The notes beneath the pieces are model-generated. The model ran no database searches, was not told the origin of the DNA, and saw nothing but the letters and a program-made list of their open reading frames with translations. This document shows positions 1 through 13,888 of a stretch of DNA of 64,000 nt, piece after piece (the first letter of the stretch is position 1; every line of letters starts with the position of its first letter). This stretch comes from Squalus acanthias. Taxonomy: Eukaryota. The DNA lies in NCBI GenBank assembly GCA_030390025.1, contig CM059431.1, forward strand, positions 95,048,001-95,112,000, in the 5' to 3' direction. The translations under genes and the position numbers were made by a program.

Positions 1-1665
1 CAATGCCGCCTACCTTTGTGTCATTGGCAAATGTGGATGTATGACTTTCTATGCCATCATCTAAGTCGTTAATAAATACTGTGAATAGTTGAGGCCCCAA
101 CACAGATCCCTGCGGGACACCACTAGTCACATCCTGCCAATTTGAGTACCTACCCATTATCCCTACTGCCTGTCTCCTTCCGCTCAGCCAATTTCCTAAC
201 CAGGTCAATAATTTGCCCTCAATTCTGTGGGCTTCCACCTTAGTTAACAGTCTCTTATGTGGGACTTTATCAAATGCCTTCTGGAAGTCCATGTAAATAA
301 CATCCATAGACATTTCCCTGTCCACTACTTCAGTCACCTCCTCAAAAAATTCAATCACGTTTGTCAGGCATGACCTACCTTTCACAAATCCATGCTGGCT
401 CTCTCTGATCAACAGAAAATTTTCGAGGTGTTCAGTCACCCTATCCTTAATTATAGAGTCTAGCAATTTCCTGACAACAGATGTTAGGCTAACTGGTCTA
501 TAATTCCTTGGTTTCCCTCTCTTGCCATTCTTAAATAGTGGAGTGACATGCGCAATTTTCCAATCTAAAGGAACGGTTCCTGAATCAAGAGAACTTTGTA
601 AGATTATAGTTCGGGCATCTGCAATGTGCTCACCTACTTCCTTTAAAACCTTGGGATGGAAACCATCTGGTCCTGGGGATTTGTCACTCTTTAGTGCCAT
701 TATTTTCTTCATTACTGTTATTTTACTTACGTTAATTTTATTGAGTCCCTGTCCCTGATTTAATATTAGTTTCCTTGGGATTTCTGGCATTCTATTCTCT
801 GCCTCTACTGTAAATACTAATTATTCAACATGTCCACCATTTCCTTATTATCATTGACAATGTCACCGCTTTGAGTTTTTAAGGGGCCAATGTTGCTCCT
901 GACCACCCTCTTTTTCCTAATATAATTGTAAAAATTCTTTGTGTTGATTTTGATATCCCTTGCAAGTTTCTTTTCATACACCCTTTTTGTAGCTCTTACT
1001 ATCGGTTTTTGACCCTTTGCTGTTCTTTGTATCTTTCCTATTCGCCAGGATCTGTGCTATTTTTTGCAATTTTGCATGCTTTTTCTTTTAGTTTTATGCT
1101 GTCCCTTACCTCTTTAGTCGTCCATGGCTTTTTTTTTGGCAAGGGCATAAACTGGTTCTGCATCACCTTAAATTATTTTTTGAACATCTTCCACTGATCT
1201 TCTGTCATTTTACCCATTAACAGATTTACCCAGTTTACTGTGGACAGTCTCTGTCTCATCCCATTGAAGTCAGCCTTACCCAAATCTAGAATCTTAGCAG
1301 CTGTTTTGTGTTTCTCCCTTTCAAATGTTACGTTGAACTCAATCATGTTATGATCGCTATTGGATAAATGTTCACGTACAGTTAGGCTGTTAACTAAATC
1401 TGGCTCATTACTCATTACTAAATCTAATATGGCTTGCCCCCTTGTTGCCTCTATGACATACTGTTGTAGAAAACTATCCCAGACGCACTCAAGAAATTTA
1501 CTGCCTTTCTGACAGGTGCTAGTCTGCTTATCCCAATCTTTATGAAAGTTAAAATCCCCCATTAAAACCACTCTGTCTTTACTACATGCTTGTCTAATCA
1601 CTGCATTTATACAATCTAGCACTTCACAGCTGCTACTAGGGGGCCTATACACAACTCCCACTACA
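1..1665 (-). mobile_element. CR1-clade LINE ORF2 fragment (APE endonuclease and RT), degraded; continues at 2540-2625 beyond a Penelope insertion
   Basis: VVGVVYRPP, MGDFN, ILDLVMSN and SDHNMIEF endonuclease motifs in ORF 1173-1793; RT motifs (GVPQGSVLGP, FANDTK) on the minus strand at 1-330; ETLWVELRNRKG resumes at 2540-2600. Confidence 0.88.
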
Positions 1666-2529
1666 CGATAGCAAAATACTGCGGATGCTGGAAATCTGAA
1701 ATAACAACAGAAAATGCTGGAAAAACTCAGCAGGTCAGGCAGCATCCGTGGAGAGAGAAACAGAGTTAACGTTTCAGGTCGAAGACCTTTCATCAGAATT
1801 GGAAAAAAGCAGGAAATGAAATAGATTTTAAAGCAAGTATTGGGCTGGGAAAAGGGGGAGGGGATGAAAGAACGAAAGGGAAGGTCAGTGATAGGATAGA
1901 AAGCAGGAGAGATGAAGAGACATTGAGAGACATTAAGAGATATTCAAGGCAAGAGGAGGTGGTAATGTGACAGGTTGAGGAACAAAGGATGGCTCTAGAT
2001 GAAGTGTGAATTGCGTTGGCAGAATGAAGGACAGCTGCCAGCTTCTGGGAGGGAAGAAAAAAAAGGCCAAACAAAAGGGTGGATAAAAAAAATAAATATA
2101 TATATATGTGATCAGGGCCGGGGTTATGATCTGAAATTGTTGAACTCTATGTTGAGTCCAGAGGGCTGTAGAATGCCTAAACGAAAGATGAGGTGCTGTT
2201 CCTCAAGCTTACGCTGAGCTTCCGTGGAACAATGCAAGAGGCCGAGGACAGTGAGGTCAGAGTGGGAGTGGAGCGGAGAATTAAAGTGACAGGCCACCGG
2301 GAGCTCGGGGTCCCCCTTACGGACTGAACGGAGGTGTTCCGCAAAGCGGTCACCCAATCTGCGTTTGGTCTCCCCAATGTAGAGGAGACCACATCGTGAG
2401 CAGCGAATACAGTATACTAAATTGCAGGAAGTACAAGTAAATCGCTGTTTCACCTGGAAGGGATGTTTGGGGCCCTGGACAGTGGGAAGGGTGGAGGTAT
2501 AAGGGCATGTGTTGCATCTCCTGCGCTTG
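1666..2529 (-). mobile_element. Penelope-like element, 5'-truncated (GIY-YIG endonuclease C-terminus plus 3' end)
   Basis: ORF 2124-2453 FTCTSCNLVYCIRCSRCGLLYIGETKRRLGDRFAEH...HF...LEEQHLIFRLG.LQPSGLN is a GIY-YIG domain; flanked by the direct repeat CACTACA (1659-1665; 2530-2536/2540-2546) inside the CR1. Confidence 0.9.
1764..1800 (-). ncRNA. Putative minimal type-I hammerhead ribozyme at the PLE 3' end
   Basis: Minus strand AATT-CTGATGA-A-AGGTC ttc GACCT-GAAA-CG-TT-AACT: conserved CUGAUGA and GAAA boxes, 5-bp stem II, palindromic AACGUU in place of stem III, stem I with one mismatch. Confidence 0.6.
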
Positions 2530-2624
2530 CACTACAGTCCACTACAGTCTTAAATCCTTTCCTATTTCTTAATTCTACCCATAAAGTCTCCACTGCCTGC
2601 TTACCTCTCTTTATATCCTCTCTT

Positions 2625-3880
2625 CAGCCTCAGACAGATGTTATGGAGAGGGATGGAGTCAATGGCTAGGGAACGGAGTTTGTGGTGGCGACCGAAAACA
2701 ATGACTTCGGTCTTCCCAATATTTAATTGGAGAAAATTTTTGCTCATCCAGAACTGTATGTCGGACAAGCAGTCTGATAATTTAGACACAGTGGAGGGGT
2801 CGAGAGAAGAGGTAGTGAGGTAGAGCTGGGTGTCATCAGCGTACATGTGGAAACTGACGCTGTGTTTTCGGATGGTGTCACCAAGGGGCAACATGTAGAT
2901 CAGAAATAGGAGGGGGCCAAGGATAGATCCTTGGGGGACACCAAAGGTAACGATGCAGGAGCGGGAAGAGAAGCTGTTGCAGGTGATTCTCTGGTTACGA
3001 TTAGATAGATAAGAATGGAACCAGGCGAGTGCAGTCCCACCCAGCTGGACAACAGTGGAGAGGCATTGGAGAAGGATGGAGTGGTCAACCGTGTCAAAGG
3101 CTGCAGACAAGTCAAGAAGGATGAGGAGGGATAGTTTACCTTTGTCCTAGTCACAAAGGATGTCATTTGTGACTTTGATGAGAGCCGTTTCGGTACTGTG
3201 GCTAGAGCGGTAACCTGATTGGAGGGATTCAAACATGGAATTGCGGGAAAGACGGGCACAGATTTGGGAGGCGACAACACTTTGGAGAGGAAAGGGAGGT
3301 TGGAGATGGGGCGTTAGTTTGCAAGGACGGAGGGATCAAGGTTTGGTTTTTTTTGGAGAGGGATGATGACAGCAGACTTGAGGGAGAGGGGGACAGTACC
3401 TAAGGAGAGAGAACCGTTAACAATATCAGCTAACTTGGGAGCCAGAAAAGGAAGTTGGGTGGTCAGCAGTTTAGTGGGAATAGGGTCGAGAGAGCAGGAG
3501 GTGGGTCTCATATACAAGATGAGCGCAGAGAGGTCATGAGGGGAGATCAGAGAGAAACTGGAGAAAGATGTGAGTTCAGGGCTAGGGCAGGGGGGAACCT
3601 TAGAGGAAGTTTGATCCAGTGGGCTAGGGGAAGGAAGGGAAGTGGCAGAGGCAGCTGAACGGATGGTCTCAATCTTAGAGACAAAGAAGTCCATGAGCTC
3701 CTCAGGTGAGGGTGGAGGAGACGGGGGGAGGGGTTTAAGAAGACGGTTAGCAGTAGAGAATAGGAGCTGGGGTTTATCTATGCATTCCAGAATGATTCTG
3801 GAATAGTGAGCAATTTTGGCAGACAAGAGCAGGGCCCGATAGTGCTTTATGTGGTCCAGCCAGATCTGGCGGTGAGTGGT
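2625..3880 (-). mobile_element. L2-clade LINE RT fragment, frameshifted
   Basis: SAAFDTVDH, GVPQGSILGPLLFLIY, YADDTQLY, FLQLNIGKTE and TSCSLDPIPT motifs in ORFs 2601-3110 and 3314-3826. Confidence 0.9.
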
Positions 3881-3884
3881 TAAT

Positions 3885-5599
3885 TTACATTAATAGGGCT
3901 TGTTAAGCCAGCCCTGCGAGGTTCCCGGCCAATTAACAGGAAGCGGGTCTGATGACGTCATTTGATGACGCATCTTCAGCCGGTTTCCGTAAAGGGACCA
4001 TGCGCAAATTGATTTTGACAGTTCTGCTGTCTGTGGTCTACAGCATTGAGGTGCTGCAAACACTGATAAGCACTGCACAGAGGTGCACAACTGCACCCAG
4101 GCTCTCCCATGACTGCCTCCATATGCTTATAGAGGGATTCACAGCACGCAGGGAGGTTCTCCTCCCTTCCCATGGGTGGAGGAGACCTCCCCAGGACACC
4201 AACGCAGCCTGGTTGCACATTGCACAGGAGGGCCCAAGCAGGGATGTCGTCAGGAGGACCAGGCTGCAGTGGCGCAAACCTTTCAATTATCTCAGTAGAT
4301 CATGAAATGTAACTGCAACGCCACACTCAACCTCATCCTGCTGTGCCACTCATCACATCCCCATCACTCTGCCTTCCCTACCCTACCCCTGCACATCCTT
4401 ACTCACACCAACTTACATTGCACCTCCACCCATCCCTCTCTATCTACATTATCACTCCCCCATTTCACTAGCTACCCCTCACACTCACCCTCATACTACT
4501 GCAAGCATACCAACTAACAAAACACAAGGGTGGTTTAGCCAATGCTCATGTGAAGTTTCTGTTAATGTGCTGTCAAACATTGAAACCTTTATTTTCAGCA
4601 CTTTGCGTTCTTGGACAGATTTGTGTGCACCTTCGGAAGTGGCTTAGTGAGTTGTAGTGAATGGTGAGACATATATATAACCGCCCCCCCCCCCCCCCCC
4701 CCCCACCGCCCCCCGTCGCCCACAATGGTGACTAGTGTGAAAGGAATGGCTTGGGCAGTGTAGGGATGCTTTATGATGTTGGTGTGGGGTGGTGCCAACC
4801 TGGCGCATCATGTGGCAGCCAGGGCCTACAGCGTCAAGTGAAGTAAATCTGCTCATGGTGAGGCCATCACTGGCGTCCTGAGCAGCAATGTGGTCGGGTG
4901 CTGATACCCTCTGTCCTGTGCAGCATCAGTTGATTGAAGAGAAGGTTGGTGTTGTTGCTGGTGCTGCTGGTGTGTCTGGTGCTGCTGGTGTTGTGACTGA
5001 ACTTGGTGGGATTCTGAGGACCAAGGTGAGATATTTTCAAGGGCACGATGCTGATGGAATAGATGACAGGTGAGGTTGAAATGACAGAAGCAATCTGTCA
5101 ATGGTGAGAGAGGTAGTTCCAATGAGGTGGCACTGGATAGAGAGTTGGCTCCAAACACTTGCAAGCTGCAGAAAGCTCAATCTGTCTTCCAAATGTAGTA
5201 ACCAATAGTTTCTGAGCTTTGAAAGTGAACATCTGTAACATGGGATCTTTTATACAACTTTGGCAGCTGTCAGATCATGAGATAATTCAGTGCTGAATCC
5301 ACTCACGACATGCTGCGCTGACATGTTCCCCGAGCAGCGGGTAATCCATGGGGGAGCACGTAAAATTGAAATGTAGGCATAAAATAACACTTAATTGGAT
5401 GTTAACAATCCATTTAATGATGTCAATTGCCTCTCCGGCCGCTTGGTGTCGGGTTTGTTCAGTGATGACAGACCCGACACCTGGGAGACTCACATGGAGG
5501 TGGGTTGGCAGCGGGTTCCCCACCTGCTGTCAATCTTTTCTATTTCGACAGTGGACCCGCCTCTGAACCCGCCCTCTGAGCACCAGCAAAATTCAGCCC
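3885..5599 (-). mobile_element. Non-autonomous Harbinger-derived element, paralog (inverted) of the host element at 24365-31450
   Basis: Terminus AAAATTCAGCCC ending at 5599 is the reverse complement of GGGCTGAATTTT at 24365; Myb/SANT exon remnant on + at 4080-4300 (..EGFTARREVLLP..W..IAQE..Q.RK.FN); colinear with 24365-24748, 29004-30168 and 31241-31450. Confidence 0.8.
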
Positions 5600-5737
5600 A
5601 ATGTGTTAAAACAGCTTTCTGCTGAGCATGGGTTGTAAATTGTGTAAGGGGATTTTAAAGCAAGGATCTCTTCACAGGAGAATGTGTACGAGTCATTCAG
5701 CCATATCAGTAATGGTTTGAAATATGTCAACCTAGTG

Positions 5738-7256
5738 TTTAGAGGATGGGAAGAGTTTATGATGGCAGTAGTGCGTTTGATGTAGTGTATATGGACTTTA
5801 GCAAGGCTTTTGATAAGGTTCCACATGGCAGACTGGTCACAAAGTTAAAAGCCCATGGGATCCAGGGCAAAGTGTCAAGTTGGATTCAAAACTGGCTCGG
5901 AGGCAGGAAGCAGAGGGTAATGGTTGATGGGTGTTTTTGTGACCGGAAGGCTATGTCCAGTGGGGTTCCACAGGGCTCAGTACTAGGTCCCTTGCTTGTT
6001 GTGGTATATATCAACGATCTTGACTTGAATATAGGGGGTATGATTAAGAAGTTTGCAGATGATACTAAAATCGGCTGTGTGGTTGATACTGAAGAAGGAA
6101 GCAGCAGACTGCAGGAAGATATCAATAAATTGGTCAAAAATGTGTGGGTTAGGTTGATTTGGCTATGATAAATTGACCCTTAGTGTTAGGGGGGATTAAA
6201 TATGTGGGGTTATGGGGATAGGATGGGATATGTTAGGGGGAATTAAATTTGTGGGGTTATGGGGGTAGGGTGGGATATGTGTACTGTGGGGATTAAAGCA
6301 GCGACAGGGTACTGGATTTGGATGATCAGCCATGATCGTATTGAATGGCGGAGCAGGCTCGACGGGCCGAATGGCCTACTCCTGCTCCTAGATTCTATGT
6401 TTCTATGTTTCTATGTGGGCAGAACAGTGGCAAATGGAATTCAATCTGGAGAAGTGTGAGGTAATGCATTTGGGGAGGACTAACAAGGAAAGGGAATATA
6501 CATTAAATGGTAGGACACTGAGTAGTGTAGAGGAACAAAGGGACCTTGGAGTGCATGTCCACAGATCCCTGAAGGTGGCAGGCCAGGTAGATAAGGCGGT
6601 TAAGAAGGCATACGGAATGCTTGCCTTTATTAGCCGTGGCATAGAATACAAGAGCAGGGGGGTTATGCTTCAACTGTATAAAACACTAGTTAGGCCTCAG
6701 CTAGAGTACTGTGTGCAGTTCTGGTCACCACATTACAGGAAAAATGTGATTGCACTAGAGAGGGTACAGAGGAGATTTACAAGGATGTTGCCAGGAGTAG
6801 AGAATCTTAGCTATGAGGAAAGACTGGATAGGCTGGGTTTGTTTTCCTTGGAACAGAGGAGACTGAGGGGAGACCTTATTGAGGTGTATAAAATTATGAG
6901 GGGCCTAGATAAAGTGGATAGAAAGGACCTATTTCCCTTAGCAGAGGGGTCAAAAACCAGGGGGCACAGATTTAAAGTAATTGGTGGAAGATTTAGAGGG
7001 GATTTGAGGGGAAATTTCTTCACCCAGAGGGTTGTGGGGGTCTGGAACTCACTGCCTGAAAGGGTGGTAGAGGCAGCAACCCTAACCACATTTAAAAAGT
7101 ACTTGGATGTGCACTTGGGATGCTGTAACCTGCAGGGCTACGGACCAAGAGCTGGGAAGTGGGATTAGGCTGGATAGCTCTTTGTTGGCCAGCGCGGACA
7201 CGATGGGCCGAAATGGCCTCCTTCCGTGCTGTAACTTTCTATGATTGTATGATTCA
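5738..7256 (+). mobile_element. CR1 LINE 3' portion (RT to 3' tail), interrupted by a SINE at ~6138-6411
   Basis: DFSKAFDKVPH, GVPQGSVLGP and KFADDTK motifs; LVK|WAEQWQMEFN split by the insertion; C-terminal RVVGVWNSLP; short ATGATT tandem tail at ~7240-7256. Confidence 0.92.
6138..6411 (+). mobile_element. 5'-truncated SINE with a CR1-derived 3' tail (HE1-like)
   Basis: Non-coding GTGTGGGTTAGG..AAATTGACCCTTAGTGT segment, then the CR1 3'UTR motif GATCAGCCATGATC..GGCGGAGCAGGCTCGA..GGCCTACTCCTGCTCCTA and a (TTCTATGT)n tail; splits the CR1 RT reading frame. Confidence 0.65.
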
Positions 7257-7619
7257 ATAAAACAATTAGAAGTTAAGTGCCTGTTTGTTTAGGTTATTTT
7301 GTTGGCATTTGTATGTATCTTTGGTGTAGTATGATTTATTGGTAATATGCATGGAATGTAGTGATCAAAGGTGAAACTTGTTATAAGATATGTAAGGGAA
7401 TGACTGTTTAGCAGCTCACACTAGAATCATGAAGTGTGGTGTCTTAGCAGCTTGCTCTCATACTGGAATGATGTAGTATGAAAAGGTCTATGCACTCATA
7501 CTGGTTTGTGGATAGTCTGAGGTTTCAATAAAGGCCAGATCCTGCATTACTACAATTAAGTATGTGTGTAATCTGACATTTAAAGTAATGAGATGAAAAG
7601 AACAAGGAAGCAGTCCAAC

Positions 7620-7855
7620 AATATCCAGCTTGCTATCCATTCTGCTACTTGTTCCCTGACTCCACATGTACTGGCCTTAGTCATGAGTCTACTATGCAGG
7701 ACCTTATCAAAGTATTTCTGGAAATCCAAACATATTACCTCTACTGCATTACCCTTAGCTACCCTTTGTGTTACTTCTTCAAAGAATTCAAAAAAGTTGA
7801 TCAAGCATGACACTCCCTTTGGGAATCCGTGCTGACTACTCTTTATTATCTTTAA
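7620..7855 (-). mobile_element. CR1 RT fragment
   Basis: SQHGFPKGVSCLINFFEFFEEVT...LDFQKYFDKVLH in ORF 7580-7909. Confidence 0.8.
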
Positions 7856-7909
7856 GTTTCTAGATCGACATTCATTGTTTGGCCCTGGGTACATCTTCTG
7901 AGACTTCAT

Positions 7910-9014
7910 GGCCTAGAAATTGGCCCACTTACCACCATGAGTTTTCATCACGATCTGGTCTAACGATGGCGGCCGCTACTCTAGCGCCCTTCTGTGGTAT
8001 GGGACTCGGTGGCTGCCATTTTGGTGAGGTCCTTAGTGCTGCTGAAGAAGAGAACAGGAAAGCAAGAGGTGCATGCGAGAAGGAGGATAACATATGAGGA
8101 TACCAGCATCTAGTATCCTTTCAGCCTCGCCGCTGGCCAAGAGCGCAGCCATTCCCCTGCCAAGAATGGCCAGCACTGTCTCCTCCAAGGGGGTGATTGG
8201 TACAGATTGTTGGTAGGTGGGTGATTGGTGGGGGGGAGTCATGCATTGATTAGTGTGCGAGGCTAGTGATGCAGTTGGTAGGCGATGGCTTTTGAAGATA
8301 CATTCACTGACATTGACCACTGGTCTGAGGTCATGAAGCTTCTTTCGGCACTGGAGCCAGGTGGTGGGGGCAACACTGACGGCCTCGGTGATCTGGTCCC
8401 ACATCATTCTTTCTGGAGGGCCCGCTGACCGCTGTGGGTAGAGGACCCCTCTAGCACTGTTGACCCTCTGCACAAAGCTGGAGTGCTGCGTGTGAGACAC
8501 CCTGGATGCCCCTTCTCTGGCTTGCTGAGCCAATTGTGTTAGTGCTGATGCACTTTTCCCTTTTTTTAGGTGCGGAAGGCAATTCCGCTTTAAGAGCTGA
8601 CGACTCCCATTTGGGAATTCCTTTTAATGTTAATTTTTTTTTCAGAAGGCAGTTGAGCTGTGAGGGCTAAACCTGAATATTTTTACATCATTTTTATTTT
8701 TATCATTTTAGAAGGCCTTTTAAGAAACCGACAATGCATTGCCCTTTTAAGATCCCACAATGTTTTGTGAAATCACAGCCTCATTTTCAGAGTCTGTTAA
8801 AGCTGCAACGTCCCTTGGGCACGCCACATTGGGGCCTGATGCCGGGACAAACACCACCAGGAGGGCGTTACATGGTGAGTTTAGCACTGGGCTAATGATC
8901 AGTAGTCCCCAGCGCCAATTTTTCAGTCCTGCTAGCGCCACCATTTTCAGCGGCCGTTAACCCCCAGCTGCGGTGGCACTGGCAGCTTTCGTGACGGCCA
9001 CGAATTTCTAGGCC
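7910..9014. mobile_element. Internally deleted non-autonomous Harbinger (~1.1 kb) with both TIRs
   Basis: Perfect 12-bp IR GGCCTAGAAATT (7910-7921) / AATTTCTAGGCC (9003-9014), CAT on both flanks; Myb/SANT remnant on minus (ORF 8033-8533 ..WDQITEAVS..QCRKKLHDL); left end similar to 13889-14010. Confidence 0.8.
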
Positions 9015-9139
9015 CATATCTGACATGACCACCAATTGGACAATTGAATGCAGAAGTCAGCACACCCGATTCTGGATACACCCAGTTTTCCAGGGACAAT
9101 AGCAACCTCTGGAGATCAGCCACTGTCTACAACCATCCT

Positions 9140-9990
9140 ACTTTATGGGCAAATAATTGGCAAATGAGCACAGATAAATGTGAGGAATTACATTTTAGTT
9201 ACAAGAATAGGGAGGTCACTTATCACTTGGAGGATGCGAGTCTAGGTGGGGTAGAGGAGCAAAGGGATCTCAGAGTACAAATACACAAATCACTAAAAGT
9301 TGCGCCACAGGTTAGCAAGGCCATAAAAAAAGCAAACCAAGCACAAGGTTTATTTCTAGAGGGATAGAATTGAAAAGTAGGGAAGTTATGCTAAACCTGT
9401 ATTGAACCTTGGTTAGACCACAATTGGAGTACTGCGTGCAGTTCTGGTCACCATATTATAAAACGGATATAGAGGCACTGGAGAGGGTGCAGAGAAGATT
9501 TACAAGGATGATACCAGAAATGCGAGGGTATACATATCAGGAAAGGATGAACAGGCTGGGTCTCTTTTCGTTTGAAAAAAGAAGGCTGAGGGGTGACCTA
9601 ATAGAGGTCTTCAAAATTATGAAAGGTTTTGATAGAGTGGATACAGAGAGAATGTTTCCCCTTGTGGGGAAAAGCATAACTCGAGGCCATCAATATAAGA
9701 TAGTCACCAAAAAATCCAATAGGGAATTCAGAAGAAACTTCTTTACCCAAAGAGTGGTGAGAATGTGGAACTCACTACCACAGGGAGTGGTTGAAGTGAA
9801 TAGTATAGATGCATTTAAGGAGAGGCTGGACAAGCATATGAGGGAGAAGGTAATCGAGGGTTATGCTGATAGATTTAGATGAGGAAAGACGGGAGGAGGC
9901 TCGAGCGGAGCATAAACACCGGCATGGACTGGTTGGGCCGAATGGTCTGTTTCTGTGTCGTATATCCGATGTATGTAATCCTATGTATGA
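9140..9990 (+). mobile_element. CR1 LINE 3' fragment
   Basis: VRPQLEYCVQFWSP, RRLRGDLIEVFK and FFTQRVVRMWNSLP motifs; CR1-type 3'UTR and short tandem tail. Confidence 0.9.
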
Positions 9991-10404
9991 TTTTGTTGTG
10001 GTTGCAGTTGGCATATTGTGGGTGTGTGACATCAAACCTAAGGGAATTCCTGACTTTGACCTCTTCAATTCTTTTATTTCAGCTCATATTTGAAAGCCAG
10101 GCCTGTCCTGAAGTCACACACTTCCTAACAGCTCATTTCCAGGACTGTACAAGAGAAAAGAGATTGACGCCAAAACTGAAGGACATTTGCAGTCACACTC
10201 ATCAACATCCATCTTGCCCACACCTGTTGCTGTGTAATGGCAGATCGAGAAATGCTGGAGTTCCCCTGTGGAGAGAGATAATGGCAGGTCTTTTGCAACA
10301 AATAGTCCCTCGATACGAGAGATGGTGAAGGAAAGAATCAGAAAATAAAGCTTTGAGGAACTAGACTCTGAACAAAATGAGGTTCCTCAGTTCTAAGCAT
10401 TTTC

Positions 10405-10685
10405 AACAACAACTTGTGTTTATATAGCGCCTTTAACGTAGTAAAACGTCCCAAGGCGCTTCACAGGAGTATTTTAAGACAACAGAATTTGACACCGAGC
10501 CACATAAGGAGAAATTAGGGCAGGTGACCAAAAGCTTGTTCAAAGAGGCAGGTTTTAAGGAGCGTCTTAAAGGAGGAAAGTGAGGCAGCGAGGCAGAGAG
10601 GTTTAGGCAGGGAATTCCAGAGCTTAGGGCCGAGGCAACAGAAGGCACGGCCACCAAAGGTTGAGCGATTATAATCAGGGATGCT
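10405..10685 (-). mobile_element. L2 LINE 3' end
   Basis: GGRAF..LGPKLWNSLP..FKTLLKT on minus; 3' stem and (GTT)n tail match the L2 end at 43840-44082. Confidence 0.8.
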
Positions 10686-10787
10686 CTTCAAACCAGAAAC
10701 ATGTGTCAGAAATGTTTGTTGTTCAGGATTAAACCAGAATGCCGGCAGGTCAAGAGGAGTAACAGTCAATTTCAGATTAACACATAT

Positions 10788-13885
<3,098 letters not shown>

Positions 13886-13888
13886 CAT

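Noticed and set aside
1173..1793. 206-aa ORF with a hydrophobic N-terminus
   Set aside because: Chance fusion of the Penelope 3' end with the CR1 endonuclease frame.
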